NCBI GenBank assembly: GCA_038496445.1
Contig: JALMLS010000156.1
Coordinates: forward strand, 1-64,000
DNA: 64,000 nucleotides
Origin: Trichosphaerium sp. ATCC 40318
Lineage: Eukaryota > Protista > Tubulinea
Direction of reading: 5' to 3'
Shown here: positions 40,821 to 52,568 of the stretch, one piece after another
Layout: every line of letters begins with the position of its first letter
How positions within the stretch are numbered: the first letter of the stretch is position 1
Made by a program: the position numbers and the translations under genes
The notes under the pieces: generated by a model
Told to the model about the DNA's origin: nothing
Databases searched by the model: none
The model's input: only the letters and a program-made list of their open reading frames with translations

Positions 40821-43749
40821 ATGACAGAACAGAATCAGCCTTCGCGAAAAAGGAAACGTTTAAATGTCAGACGAGCGTGTGACTATTGCCGCACAAAACA
40901 TATAAAGTGTGATGGAGCAAGCCCGTGCGGTAAATGCGTACAAAACTGTATTACTTGCGTATACACAGAAGATCCGGTGAAACGGCATAAAACAGAAGGT
41001 AAACTACCGTTCGATACAAGATTAGGTGTTTGCGCTAATAAACTAAATCGTAGCGAAAGTAGAAGAGACCGAAACAGATAGCCTTAGTCAAGCACTTGAG
41101 AAGAAGAACAAGGAAGTAGCGTTTTGGAAAGCAAAATATGACCAGGCCAGCAGTTCGCTACAAGATTACAAAACTCCGCCTCCACAACCAAAACGATCAG
41201 CAAATAAGGTGAATATTTCGTGGTGGCCTAACCGCATTAGCCCGAACTTTTATTGTTACTAACACTTCTCTCTTTTGCAACAGATAACGTTTTGGAAGCT
41301 TTCGGCGCATCTTGGAGTATCGTCAGATATAGCGTCTTGGTTGTCTCTTTATGAGGCTGTGATGTACCCACGATACGTAAGAACGTTTTGTCGGTAAAGC
41401 TAAAAACGTAAAACTTTTTTTTTGTTTGTTTTTTTTCGTATTTTTGACCTCTACGTCGGTATATTTTATTGCTCTGTTATCATTTTTATCGTTTATTTGG
41501 CTTTTTTCTTTTACATAAAAACGATTCAAGACAAGATATTTCATAGATTAGTTACCAAAATTCATGTTTTTCCGAAAATTTTTCGAGTTCAATGGTATAC
41601 CAGTTTTCCTAACTTATTATTATAAAGGCAGTACCAGTCGGTCATTGGAATACTACAACAACAATGAGTGCTTTTGAAGATGATCTATGTACGTCTGATT
41701 CAAAACGGTCCTCCTTCTAAATTTGGACCCTTTGTATAGCTTGGTCGCAACCAGAAACTGTTGAGTTGTTGGGTATTCTTGCTGTAGCAGCTTTAGCTTC
41801 AGGTTTTACAAAAGAAAGCAATCTTATATGTAACGTCGCCCGACAAATTCATGAAGACTTGGGCGATACTAAACACCCTAGCATAGCAGGTTAGACGAAC
41901 TTTGTTTTTTTTCAAAACCCGTTGGTTTTTCTTTTTTTCTGTTTCTGTTTTGTTCTAATTCTCTCTGGTATAGCTGGGTTGTACTTAGTTGGTGTTCACT
42001 ATTTAAACGCTGGCAAACCTGAACTCAGCAACGAAATATCACAAACAGCTATGAGTATGTGAATCAAAACGGCCATTTTTTGTGAATAGAAAAGTTTTGA
42101 CTTGGTTTTTTATTTTAGCGATGGTAAATCACGTGTGCAATGATGTAGCATTTAAAGATAATACAAAGGTTCATCCTCATGGTTATTTGCGTACAATAGC
42201 ACGGCGAGCGACCACGTTCACATATTGTCTTTTCTGTGATAGGTTTGTGATTTTTTTTCTTTTTGCTTCGATACCTCAATCTCACTTGTTGTTTAAAGGA
42301 AGAGGCAGTTAGTGATGACTACAGAATCTACTAGAGGACTCCCGTATTCTATAGACTGTCCTTATGGCGTACCATTCCACATAGCAATGTTTTTAATATG
42401 GGTTGTTATAACCAAGGTTCGTTTTTTTTTTCTTGTGGGCACAATTTGTTTATTATTTGTAGATATGGATGAGAGTCTCTACAAATACAAAGCCTCCACG
42501 GCCCGATGGATCTAGTGATACAGGATATGCAATAGTGGGAATTGTACGCATCTTTTTCTAAAAGTTAAGTGCGGTTGGTTGCTGACGTTCATTTGTTTAG
42601 GATGAGCAACAATTTTCTACATTTATTTATGAGCTCCAAGCTGCTAAGAAATTCTGTAATGTTGCTCTTGCTTCTCTTCATCCAACAGTTATGATTAGTT
42701 TAAAATTGATGATAGACTTTACATTAGCAATAACGTACTGTGCTGGAGGACATACACATGAGGCTGTGAGGGTACAAAATATTTTTGGTAAAACACCAAG
42801 AATCTCAAATTTCTTTTACAGAGGGCCAAGGATATTTTTGCTACACTTGGTGATGCGCCTATAGTAAAGGAAAAAAGTGGTTTAGCTATGTGCATGGTAC
42901 ATGATGTATGCACTGTTGCAATACTAGGTCATGATGGACCATTTTTTGTTGCGGTTAGTGAAACTTTGTTGTCTCTCAGAAGTTTTTCCTCTAATCTTGC
43001 TTTTTAGGTATTCACACTGCTCTTTAAAGGCTTTGGTCCAATGGCAAGGCATTTATTGAGGTATCCTAAATCGTATAATTATACACGTTTATACTCACGT
43101 GATTTGTGATTTCAGGTCTTTACTTGAGTTGGCTGATTCGACACGCTTAATTTATGAGAAATCTGATATTCTTGATCTCTATTTTGGACTACCTCCAATA
43201 CTTACTCAAAACGCTGAAGGTAATACTGACACTCTAGACGAAGAATATTTGTGCGCACTGAGTTGAAATATTGTTACTCGTTTTTACTGACTTGCTGCTT
43301 AGAATCCCGTTGATGGACAATTCGTATGACGATAATTCACATGAACGTCAAGATATGGGTGATGAGCTAGAACCTTCGTATGAATGTCAAGATATGAGTG
43401 GTGAACCAGAACCTTCATATGAACGTCAATATATGGGTGATGAGCTAGAACCTTCGTATGAATGTCAAGATATGAGTGATGAACCAGAACCTTCATGTGA
43501 ACCTATTACAAATAGTAGTGTAACAACAAACCCCAATATTATTCAAGAACAAATGCAACAACATATTAGTCGACAGAGTAATCGCAGTCGAGATAGTAAT
43601 AATAATCTAATTGGACATCAAGACAATTTTTTTGTACGTTGGAAAACTTTTTTCTTCTTTTTTTTTTTTGCAAGCACGGTAAAAAAACTCGTTTCACGTG
43701 TTAGTTTTTTATGTTTTTCTTATTGTTTTTGTAGGACCCAAATGTATAG
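40821..43749 (+). CDS. Zn(II)2Cys6 (GAL4-type) transcription factor
   Basis: RRACDYCRTKHIKCDGASPCGKCVQNCITCVY followed by a coiled coil, many exons and an acidic C-terminus. Confidence 0.9.
43341..43496 (+). repeat. Coding minisatellite, 4 x 39 bp in ABAB order (78-bp higher-order unit)
   Basis: Alternating ERQDMGDELEPSY / ECQDMSGEPEPSY units. Confidence 0.95.
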
Positions 43750-43980
43750 TAACTAAAATAAATAAAACTTGTATAGATAAAGGCGCCTCTGGGTTGAAAT
43801 TGAACCTAGTAGCGGCATTTTTGTATGTTATCAGAAAAAAAACTAAAAAGTTGTTTAATAAAGAAGGCCTTGTGCGCACTTGTTATGCATGCTGTCAGTA
43901 GTTTGGTATGAACAAATATATTGTCTACATAGAGCTGCAGGGACCAATGAAAGCAAATAACAAAAGCGTTTATTGTCAGA

Positions 43981-44525
43981 TTATTCGCTACAACATGGAC
44001 AATTTCTTATTTGCCATCTGCACCCACGTGTTCTTGGGTTCCTGATACAAACACCAGTATTGCCTCCAACGCTTCCATCACAGCACTCGAATGCTGGCGC
44101 ACGGAGAGGAGGGCCACAACGTTCTACACGGCCTAAAAAGACAGCTCAGTAAATATATACAACTAGGTTTTTGAACGAAAAAATCTGACACTACGGAAGC
44201 AGAAGTGCTTCTAAATCACGTGTAAAAAAAAAGCATCGTACAGCACTTAGGGCACACAGACATATCGGTGAGCTCCCAGGAGCAAGTACCATCTCCGTTA
44301 CGTAAGCAGCGACCAGTATTTCCGAAAAAACTGCCGTCACAGCATGTTCCAATAGGCGGTTTAATAGGAGGACCGCAAGCTACTAGTGGACCTTCGTACA
44401 GAGCGTTATTGCGTGTTTTAATAAAGCGTAGTCGTACAGCATCCAGATCTCGCGGTTGGATCATTTTGTTGGGCAATAACAGCGCCAAAGAACAAACACA
44501 AAGTCAAGAAAAGAAAGGTTGTCAT
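43981..44525 (-). CDS. Small secreted protein with two Cys-rich repeats, 3 exons
   Basis: Signal peptide; CGPPIKPPIGTCCDGSFFGNTGRCLRNGDGTCSWE..CP and CGPPLRAPAFECCDGSVGGNTGVCIRNPRTRGCRWQIRNCP. Confidence 0.8.
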
Positions 44526-45582
44526 GGTTTTATTTTCCAACGTTTTTAAAGTTGTGCACTGGCTATCGAACACAGAACTTGCGGTTGAATCACAGTTACT
44601 AGCGTTCAAACCTGTTTTAGACTAATACGTTGTACCAGTGTAGTACATACGTAGAGCATTTTGGCCGATACTTTCGGGTGGCGGTGGCTATTGTACTGTT
44701 TTGTTGAATACCCTTTAGCACCTTTGTACATTTCTAACAGAACAGGTATCTTTTTAGTCTTCACAACAGTACACATGTACTGCGTGCTTTGGTAATTTGG
44801 ATATTGTGACGTTGAATAGCGTGACACTACTTCGTAAAAATATGTCAAAATGCATGATGCATTCTGATTCTTTTCACTTTGGTGAAAAGTCCACAATTAC
44901 GCTATACCATCACGTTTAAATCGTGGTATTCAAAATGTGTGTATCACGTTGTTCAAACAACATTTATTAGGAAATTACATGTAATTTCTCCAGTAGTGTC
45001 TTCTTAAGCATCCGCAGGTGAATACAATATGCCTGCTTGAATTCGGTACTGTTGGACACTTGAAGCCTGCAATGGACCTCTAAAAGCGACAAAGTTTGTC
45101 ATAACGTAATCACGTGATTTATTTGTCATATTGTGCGCTACAACCAAAGTAACCAAATAACTTTGATAACGCGATAGTTTCCACTACGTTAAATATTGGA
45201 GAACTGCCTTTGGAAGGTTTCACTTTCTGCGATAGCCGCTTGTGTCAGGTCTTTTCTTCAGTCAAAACTCTTGAGAGCGCTGCAGCACAAGGAAACTTAT
45301 CATATTTTGCTTAATTTATCTATTTTGATAAATTATTGAAAAGGCCTACTTTGGTTGAACCATACAATAGTATAAAATAGAGAGGATGCACTTATGGCAA
45401 TTTGAACATTATCGAGTTTGCAAAGTTGTTTAAATGAATGTTTCTAGTCCATAGTATGGTGAGATGAGAAAGATGGTTATTCTTGACTTAAAGTGTTTCG
45501 CTTTATTGAAGTTTTCTTTACTTCCTACGGTAAAAAGCACAATAGAGCGTATAACGTCTTTAATAATTGTAACATGAGTTTC

Positions 45583-47057
45583 TTAACTGAGTACTTTTTC
45601 TACTTTGTCAACAAGCTTCTCACCAGTAGAATTTTCGATTTGAAGTTTTAAAGCGGAAGAATCTGGAGAAAAGTACTTTGTCATGTCAACTCCCAGTTCT
45701 TTGATCTGCTTCAGATAAGCTATCTTCTCTTGATCTTGTATTCTCTTTCTCTCTACTGACTTCTTATTACTCAAATCATACATTTCTTCTCTTTGTTCTA
45801 TCTCCCTTTTTTCTGCTTTTAATTTTCTTTCAATTTCTTTTTGACTTGTCATGTCGTAAAGCTCCTGTCTTTTAAGCATTTCTTTCTTTTCATTCTCTAC
45901 TTTTATCATCATAGCTTCTGTTTCTTGCTGTAGTTTAGCCATAGCGCCTGTTGTTTGGTACCCTTGATAGATCACAGAAACAATAGAAATGCCAAGCGTT
46001 TCCGCTAGTTCCGTTGTTCTTTTGTAAAGGTCCAAGTTATTCATCTCTGTTGTACGTTGTCTCATGTCAGCGAAATTGATACCAGACATGTAAGTCATCA
46101 TATCTGATCCAATAGTAGAAGATAAATCCTGAAGAGGGTCAAGAGTGTTTTCTAGAAGCTCTTCTATATCCTCAATTTTGAATGTTACTATTAAGTGGAC
46201 GTTTACTGAAACATCATCTTTTGTTCTTAGGTTATCGACTACTGTCGTTATTGGGGATGGTGCCGTATGAACAGTGTTGAATTTTTCTTCTTCCTCCCAC
46301 TCAAACTCGTGCATCTAATCGTGAAAAAAGTGAGAAACAAAAACAAAACTAGAACGATGCTTTTCTATCTTACCCACTCATTTGGTTGTTGGACATATTG
46401 AGTTGGACCATGTACTACATGTCTGCTGGTATTTCTAACACCATCTTCCTCCCTACGAGCGTGAGTAAGTATTCAAAATCCAAGTTCAAAAAAAAAACCA
46501 GAAAAACTTTTCAAAAAGGTAGAAAAAAAATCGCTTTAGTGTGAGTTCACTTACGTTTGTTTGTAGACTACAATAGCTTCTCCATGGCTTAGAGAGACTG
46601 CTCTTTTGACTCTAACGCTTTTAATCACCTCTGGATGAGCTACAACGCTATTTGGTCCAAGAATTATCTCCTTCTCTCCTGTTTGCTTCTGAACAACCAA
46701 ATACTCGCTGTCATCAGCTTGAAACCTGTTTAAACGCATATACTTCGTATTCCAGCACATAACGGTTTTAGGGCCCGTAACTAGCTTCATTTCACCTTTG
46801 TTATTCCATACAGCGTATATCTGCTTCTCTGGGATCGTAAGGCGTCCGAATATCTTCGTAAATTTAGGCGATTCAATTGTCGAATGTGTTGAACTAGTGC
46901 GTCCTAGCTCAACCGAAGGTTGTTTCCATCGCTTGTGGAGGTTCATTTGAGTGGATTGAATAGCAGACCTGTGCCTTCTCTGGGTTTTAGGTTTAGCGCT
47001 TCTGAGCGCATGCGAAGTAGAAGCATTTACTCCTCGGCAATACATTGAAGGAAGCAT
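45583..47057 (-). CDS. Major-vault-protein-like repeats plus SPFH/band-7 domain plus coiled coil
   Basis: Three repeats ending VTGP/ILGP/VHGP; RTKDDVSVNVHLIVTFKIEDI (band 7); GISIVSVIYQGY; charged coiled coil. Confidence 0.7.
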
Positions 47058-47381
47058 TGTTTAATAGTTGAAAGGTACTGACAACTTCTGCTAGCAGTTG
47101 AACTCATCATTTCATTGAATAGCTCTTTCAAGTAATCAGCGCTAAGTACTCCTCTGTTACTAATCTGTTGCTTGACTTTAGAGATGGTAAACTAACGAAT
47201 TCGTAACACCGTGAAACAGAAAACAGGACGCTCATTTTTAAGTCAATCGTAGGTTGAAAAGAACGGATTTCAAAGAAATATAGCATGGCGCATAATTTAG
47301 CAAAATGTAGTGCAACCCTAGGAAAAACAATCACGTTTATTGGTGGCACATAAAATGCTAAGACTTTTTACTCAACAATGA

Positions 47382-48360
47382 CTAGTTGCTGGTGGAGTTA
47401 GCATCAATTTTCTTGAGTATCCTGGCTGTTAGCAAAATAAAGGTTTCGTTAACTATGACAATAAGTTAGCCATTTTACTTATTGGACATGTGCATTACCA
47501 CTAATTGCATCTTTTGATGATATTTCAATAAACTCCATCTCATGTTCAACAGCGAATGCCTGATGTAATTAACCAAAAATAAATGGTACTCTGACTGTTG
47601 TTATTACCTGTGCAATATCAGTATCAACAGCACGTTCTTCAATGAGATCACTTTTTGTTCCAACAAGTATTATTTGGATATCTGGTGCATATCGTTCAAC
47701 ATCTAGTGCCCACTTTTTGGTATTTTGAAATGTCTCTAGGTTTGTAGTATCATACATTATCAAAACACCATGAGCACCTCGAAAGTAGCTGCCATATTTT
47801 TTGTATCTGTCATCACCTATTAAAATGGAAAACATTTAATGTAATAAACCTCCATCAAAACTCACAACACGCATCCCATATTAGCAGCTTGATTGTTTCA
47901 TCATACACCTCTATGGTTTTGACTTTCTATTTTTGGTTAAACACGTGACTAATAAAAAACGAGCCAGTATAAAGTGACATACAAATTCAACACTACTTGT
48001 GGAAGTGAATGGTTCAGTATAAGTGCCGTCTGTAAATCTTAGTATAGCACTGGTTTTTCCAACACCAATGTCTCCAAAGGTAAGTATTTTGAATAAACGA
48101 CCACTAAAACACGTGGTCAAGAAAAAATGTTGATCCAAGAGTATTGTACTAGTCTGGTTTGGGCCTGTCTGTAGCCTTCAAGGCTAATATGAATGTATCA
48201 GTCACTAGGCGATTAAAGTGTTTTTGAACAAAAAACGGCTTTTTAGAGTGGTTGTAAAGTTGTGGAACTCTTTTGTAGAGTTGAGAGCAAATTACGACGA
48301 GAAACAGTCTCCACCTTTTTTTCGTTTGTTGTAAGCGTCTTTACTGCTTTTACCACCCAT
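47382..48360 (-). CDS. Atypical Rab1-like GTPase, N-myristoylated, no C-terminal Cys
   Basis: MGGKSSK start; LFKILTFGDIGVGKT, YFRGAHG, ILVGTKSDL, EISSK; ends DANSTSN*. Confidence 0.8.
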
Positions 48361-48700
48361 TGTAGTTAGTTAACCTCGAAATCTATGTTTAAATTTCAAA
48401 GAACCAAAACATTGCCTTAACAGTTAATAATAGTTCAATCACGCTGAACTCACATTTATTTCAGAATCTGACAAAGAACTACATGGAAACAACATAAAAC
48501 AAACATGATAAACATACTAGGAGAAGTGGATCAGAAGGAGCTATCATTGTGTACCACGTGACAGAGGAATACAAAAGAATTTTGAATGAAATACAGTGAA
48601 GGTATTGTTTTTTCGACAATCTAGGACGTTGCTTGAAGTTTGGAAAATACTGTTAACATTCCTGAAAGTATTTGTGATGTATTGACAACCCCACTTATAA

Positions 48701-49436
48701 TTAATAACCTATCTCTTCAAAGTAATATTGTACACCAGCTACAGCGCTGGCAGAGTAACTTGGTTGTCTAGTGTCATCATAGACTCCAAGAATATACACT
48801 GTATTTGATTTCAAGCAATGAAATCCATATATTCCACATATCCCACACATGCTTTCATCAGATTTTAGCACCATGTACCTTGTTCAATCATTAGTTGTAC
48901 ACAACAATTAAGTACAAGTATAAAATTATGCACAAGGCTATACAAAATTCCATCTAGCAGTTTTTCTTGTATTGTACATAGCCAATGGCACTGCTATTGG
49001 ATAATTTTGTATTGATAACGTTATGCAGCACCACTCAAGCGCTGTTTATAGCAACAAAATAAACACATATTTGTACTTTGTATTGCCCAACGTTATTGGT
49101 AGATGAGAACCAAATCCTTTTGCCAGAGAAGCAAGTTGTTGTTTGTTTACATTAAACAAGGTTGATTTGGCCAATATAGATCCATCTCTTGTGAAAATAG
49201 CACCGTATTTATTACTTGAACAACGAGTACCTGTGATCTTTCTTATCCAAGCTTTCCAACCTCCTATCCACCATAAATTAGGTTCAATGTCAAAAGTCTT
49301 TGCCAAAAAACTTTAAAGAGCTTGTTGGATACTACTTACGCATTCCCTCAACAAAGGAGCCCTGATATTCTTCATCTAGAACCTTTTTTGTTTCGTAGTA
49401 TCGCTGTTTGCAATTATCTTTGTAAATAGTTGTCAT
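48701..49436 (-). CDS. Divergent profilin-like protein with an N-terminal extension
   Basis: GWKAWI..GAIFTRDGSILAKS..ITLGNTK|YMVLKSD..LKSNTVYILGVYDD..QP..YFEEIGY*. Confidence 0.75.
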
Positions 49437-49949
49437 GGACATCAAGTGGTTGTCAAAGTCTCTATAAGACAGATTTGTCCAAATCTTTAAGAGTTAGACG
49501 TTTAAACAGAATTACATGATGTTTCGCACTGTACTATCATTACCAAGCCTAGAAGCATCACAACACACTTTGGAAACCGAAATTAAATCAGTTGCTTCCA
49601 AACACTTCAAAATGAGTATTACGACCTCATCAGGTAGAGAAAATAACGTATTCATGGTGTACACTGACTATCATAAACCTACGACAGTGAAAATGCCACG
49701 GAGAAAAAGAAAAAAAAAAGAAGATTATCACAACTTTCAGTCAAACTTCGGTCAGTTAGTTTGTGGTTAGCCACGGTTCTGAAAAGTTGTTTTAGTGTAT
49801 TACATACAAACCCAAAGTCAGCAGATCTCTGACTTAACTAACGTATAACGGAATTTCATGATGAATGACATGTGACTATGAAGCTCGCTTATTACATTTT
49901 TTTACACAATCTTATACGTTAGCAGCTCGTTGGCACCATCTCACAGACC

Positions 49950-51330
49950 ATGGAGACAGTATTCAACCTTCCAGAAACCCTTCTGGCGGTTATGGAGCAA
50001 ACAAGTAGTTTTACAGCGATCATAGCATTCTCAAGCAGTCACAAGAGAGCACGTAATATAATATGTTCTCCAAAGGGAGCGAAACAATTGTTTAAAGCGA
50101 AATGGGCCAATCCTTTGTTTTACGGTCCATTGTGCGAATGGCCACCAAAACTTGGAGTTGATATATCCAACTTTGATGGATTACAATACCTCTGTTTTGC
50201 GCGTCATTTGGAGAAACAATTTCAAGTAAGTCATGTTTAACGCACGTGCGATATTTGCTAAACACATATCGTTAAGAGTGAATGCAAAGTAGAAAGACAG
50301 GATTTGGGAATAGTAGATCTAAAACAAGTCATCGATATCAAAACAGGAGAAGAGATCAAATCGCCACCACTTTCGATGGATTATCACTATCGCCAACAGC
50401 CAGCTTTTGATCCGTTTGCAATTCCTACAAGGGAACGCATATACTATTTGGCTGATATTGTCCTGAGTATAGAATCACGACGGTCGTACATAGGGTTTTG
50501 TAAGAAAACCAAAAAACAATTGTGGAGTTTTGAGGTAGTAAAGGATTTTGTGAGTTCACTGGACGTTCAAAATTATGCTAGAAATGCTATCATGATTTTA
50601 ACAGATGGAACAAGCTCTATAGATTTAAAAAAGAGAGTTATGCATGGTGTGGATTTAAAGGATGGTACGATATGTCGATAAAAAGTAAAAGTGTTTTCTT
50701 TCTTTTTTCCTTGTTACCTTTCGTGTCATTTACAGGGTTGTTCTTTTAGGTTCTATATTGTGGACCAAAGATGTTCTACACTTATTCCCTCCTGAACAAC
50801 CACTATCTTTCGTTATAGTAAGGGATAAGTTCGTTTATAGTAATAACAGAACAGGAAATGCAAGTGTAGTCATTGACATCCAAACTGGCAAAGACGTTTT
50901 TGTGCTGAATCACGAAGTGCTCCGTGCCTCTAATCAAGGTGATTATTTATTTATAACAAGCCACGAATTTGTACACAAGTATAAGGAAGACAACAATATA
51001 TTTACCCTAATGTGGAAGACAGCATTACTACCAGGCCTACATTACAATATAAAAATATATCATTTTTCGAATCAATACATTTTATTGCTGATGTCTACAA
51101 TATTGAATAACAGCGACTTTGGCCTTAAGTTAATCAACAAAGAAGGTAGTATCATATGGGAAACAGGTGTCAGAATAGGTACAAGAGAAATCGGCTTTTG
51201 TAACACTGCTACACAAATAAGAGGAAGGCAAGGAATTATTGTACAATCATTAGGACATTCTAGAGTAGTATGCGAACATTTCGGATGGGATGGGTCTAAG
51301 AAATGGAGAGCATTTTATAAAAGTGCCTAA
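49950..51330 (+). CDS. Hypothetical protein with a possible F-box-like N-terminus and a PQQ-type beta-propeller
   Basis: Three long exons; FNLPETLL; repeated GxxxW motifs (DLKDG..LW, EGSIIWE, DGSKKW). Confidence 0.5.
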
Positions 51331-51657
51331 TCAAATCAACGATCCGTGAAATCAAGAGAATTCATCCTTTTGTGTACCTGTAGCTTTTGACGGTTAACGG
51401 CTAAATAAGGACAGTTTATTGTAAGGGTATTAATAAATGAATCTCTGTGGAATTGTAAAATTGTTGCTGTGTTACGATTCTTTACATTATTATCAGTACA
51501 TAAAAGTGGAAGCGTAAAAGCTACATAATCAGTACTTCTTACTAAACAATAGAAAGAAGTGTCAGCGCATAAGGAAGTGCAAAATACTTAAACAGTCAAC
51601 ATCAATTTTTCATCATTTTTCCGTACTAAAAACTTGTCAACACGTGCAAACAATAGA

Positions 51658-52286
51658 ATGTCCAGCTGTAAACGTAGTACATCAGGCTTAAAGCCCTCAC
51701 GGATGGCATTAATGCCCGATAACTGTATTTTACCTGAAATCTCACTCAGACAAATGCAACAAATGCCTGAGCATAACCAAACGCGAAATAAACCACTTAT
51801 GAATAAATCCAAAGAAATCACTCCTACTTACAATTACAGTTCAACAAACAAGTACGTTTCCTCTTCTGAACATCTTCAACGCGCTCCTTATGTATATAAA
51901 TGAGCTTAGCGTAATTTTAAAGTGTATAACTGACTAACTGTGGTCATATAAGTGTAAATCCTCTTGAACACGCTCCTGTTGACTTTGCTAAGCAACAATC
52001 AAAGTACAGAATGAATCCAAGGTCAGAATTGTGATTTCTCTGACGCCCTTTGTAGTTTCAGTCCTATCCTAATGGCAGATGATGAACAGATCACTAGAGA
52101 ACTCAATAGTTTATATAGTCTTGTTGAAGCAGGCTTCATAACATCAAGCGAGTACAATACACGCAGAAAATGCTTGTTGTTAACACAAAAGTTGACATCT
52201 GAGCGTTTGTACATGGTAAGCAGGCTTTGTTTATTGACATTAATATTGTGCCAAAGGTGTTCCAACCGAGATGGGAATGGATGTAA
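51658..52286 (+). CDS. Hypothetical protein with a C-terminal SHOCT-like motif
   Basis: Spliced frame ending ELNSLYSLVEAGFITSSEYNTRRKCLL. Confidence 0.55.
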
Positions 52287-52568
52287 AATTACGTAAGCAC
52301 GTGGTCGTACACAACGAAAAATAAATAGGAATGCCTTCAATTTCTCTAGTATTTGCTCGAAGCACTCGTGTCTATGATTTTGGAAATCACGTGATTAGTA
52401 CACTAAAAAGAAACAGAGTAAAATACTTGTGAGTTTGTGTGCTAGCAGAGCTATCAGAAACTGACGCTTTGGTGGGAACAATGTTCAGTTTTTTTATTCA
52501 CTTCAAAAAAAATCGCAGCTTGGTGGTAAAACCATTTCAAAAAAACTGATTTATTATTATTCTTCACT

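Noticed and set aside
43061-43115. Intron starting GTATCCTA as a second U12 intron
   Set aside because: Imperfect donor and no TCCTTRAC branch site; treated as U2-type
43341-43496. CRISPR-like array
   Set aside because: Contiguous in-frame tandem repeat without unique spacers, in a eukaryotic context
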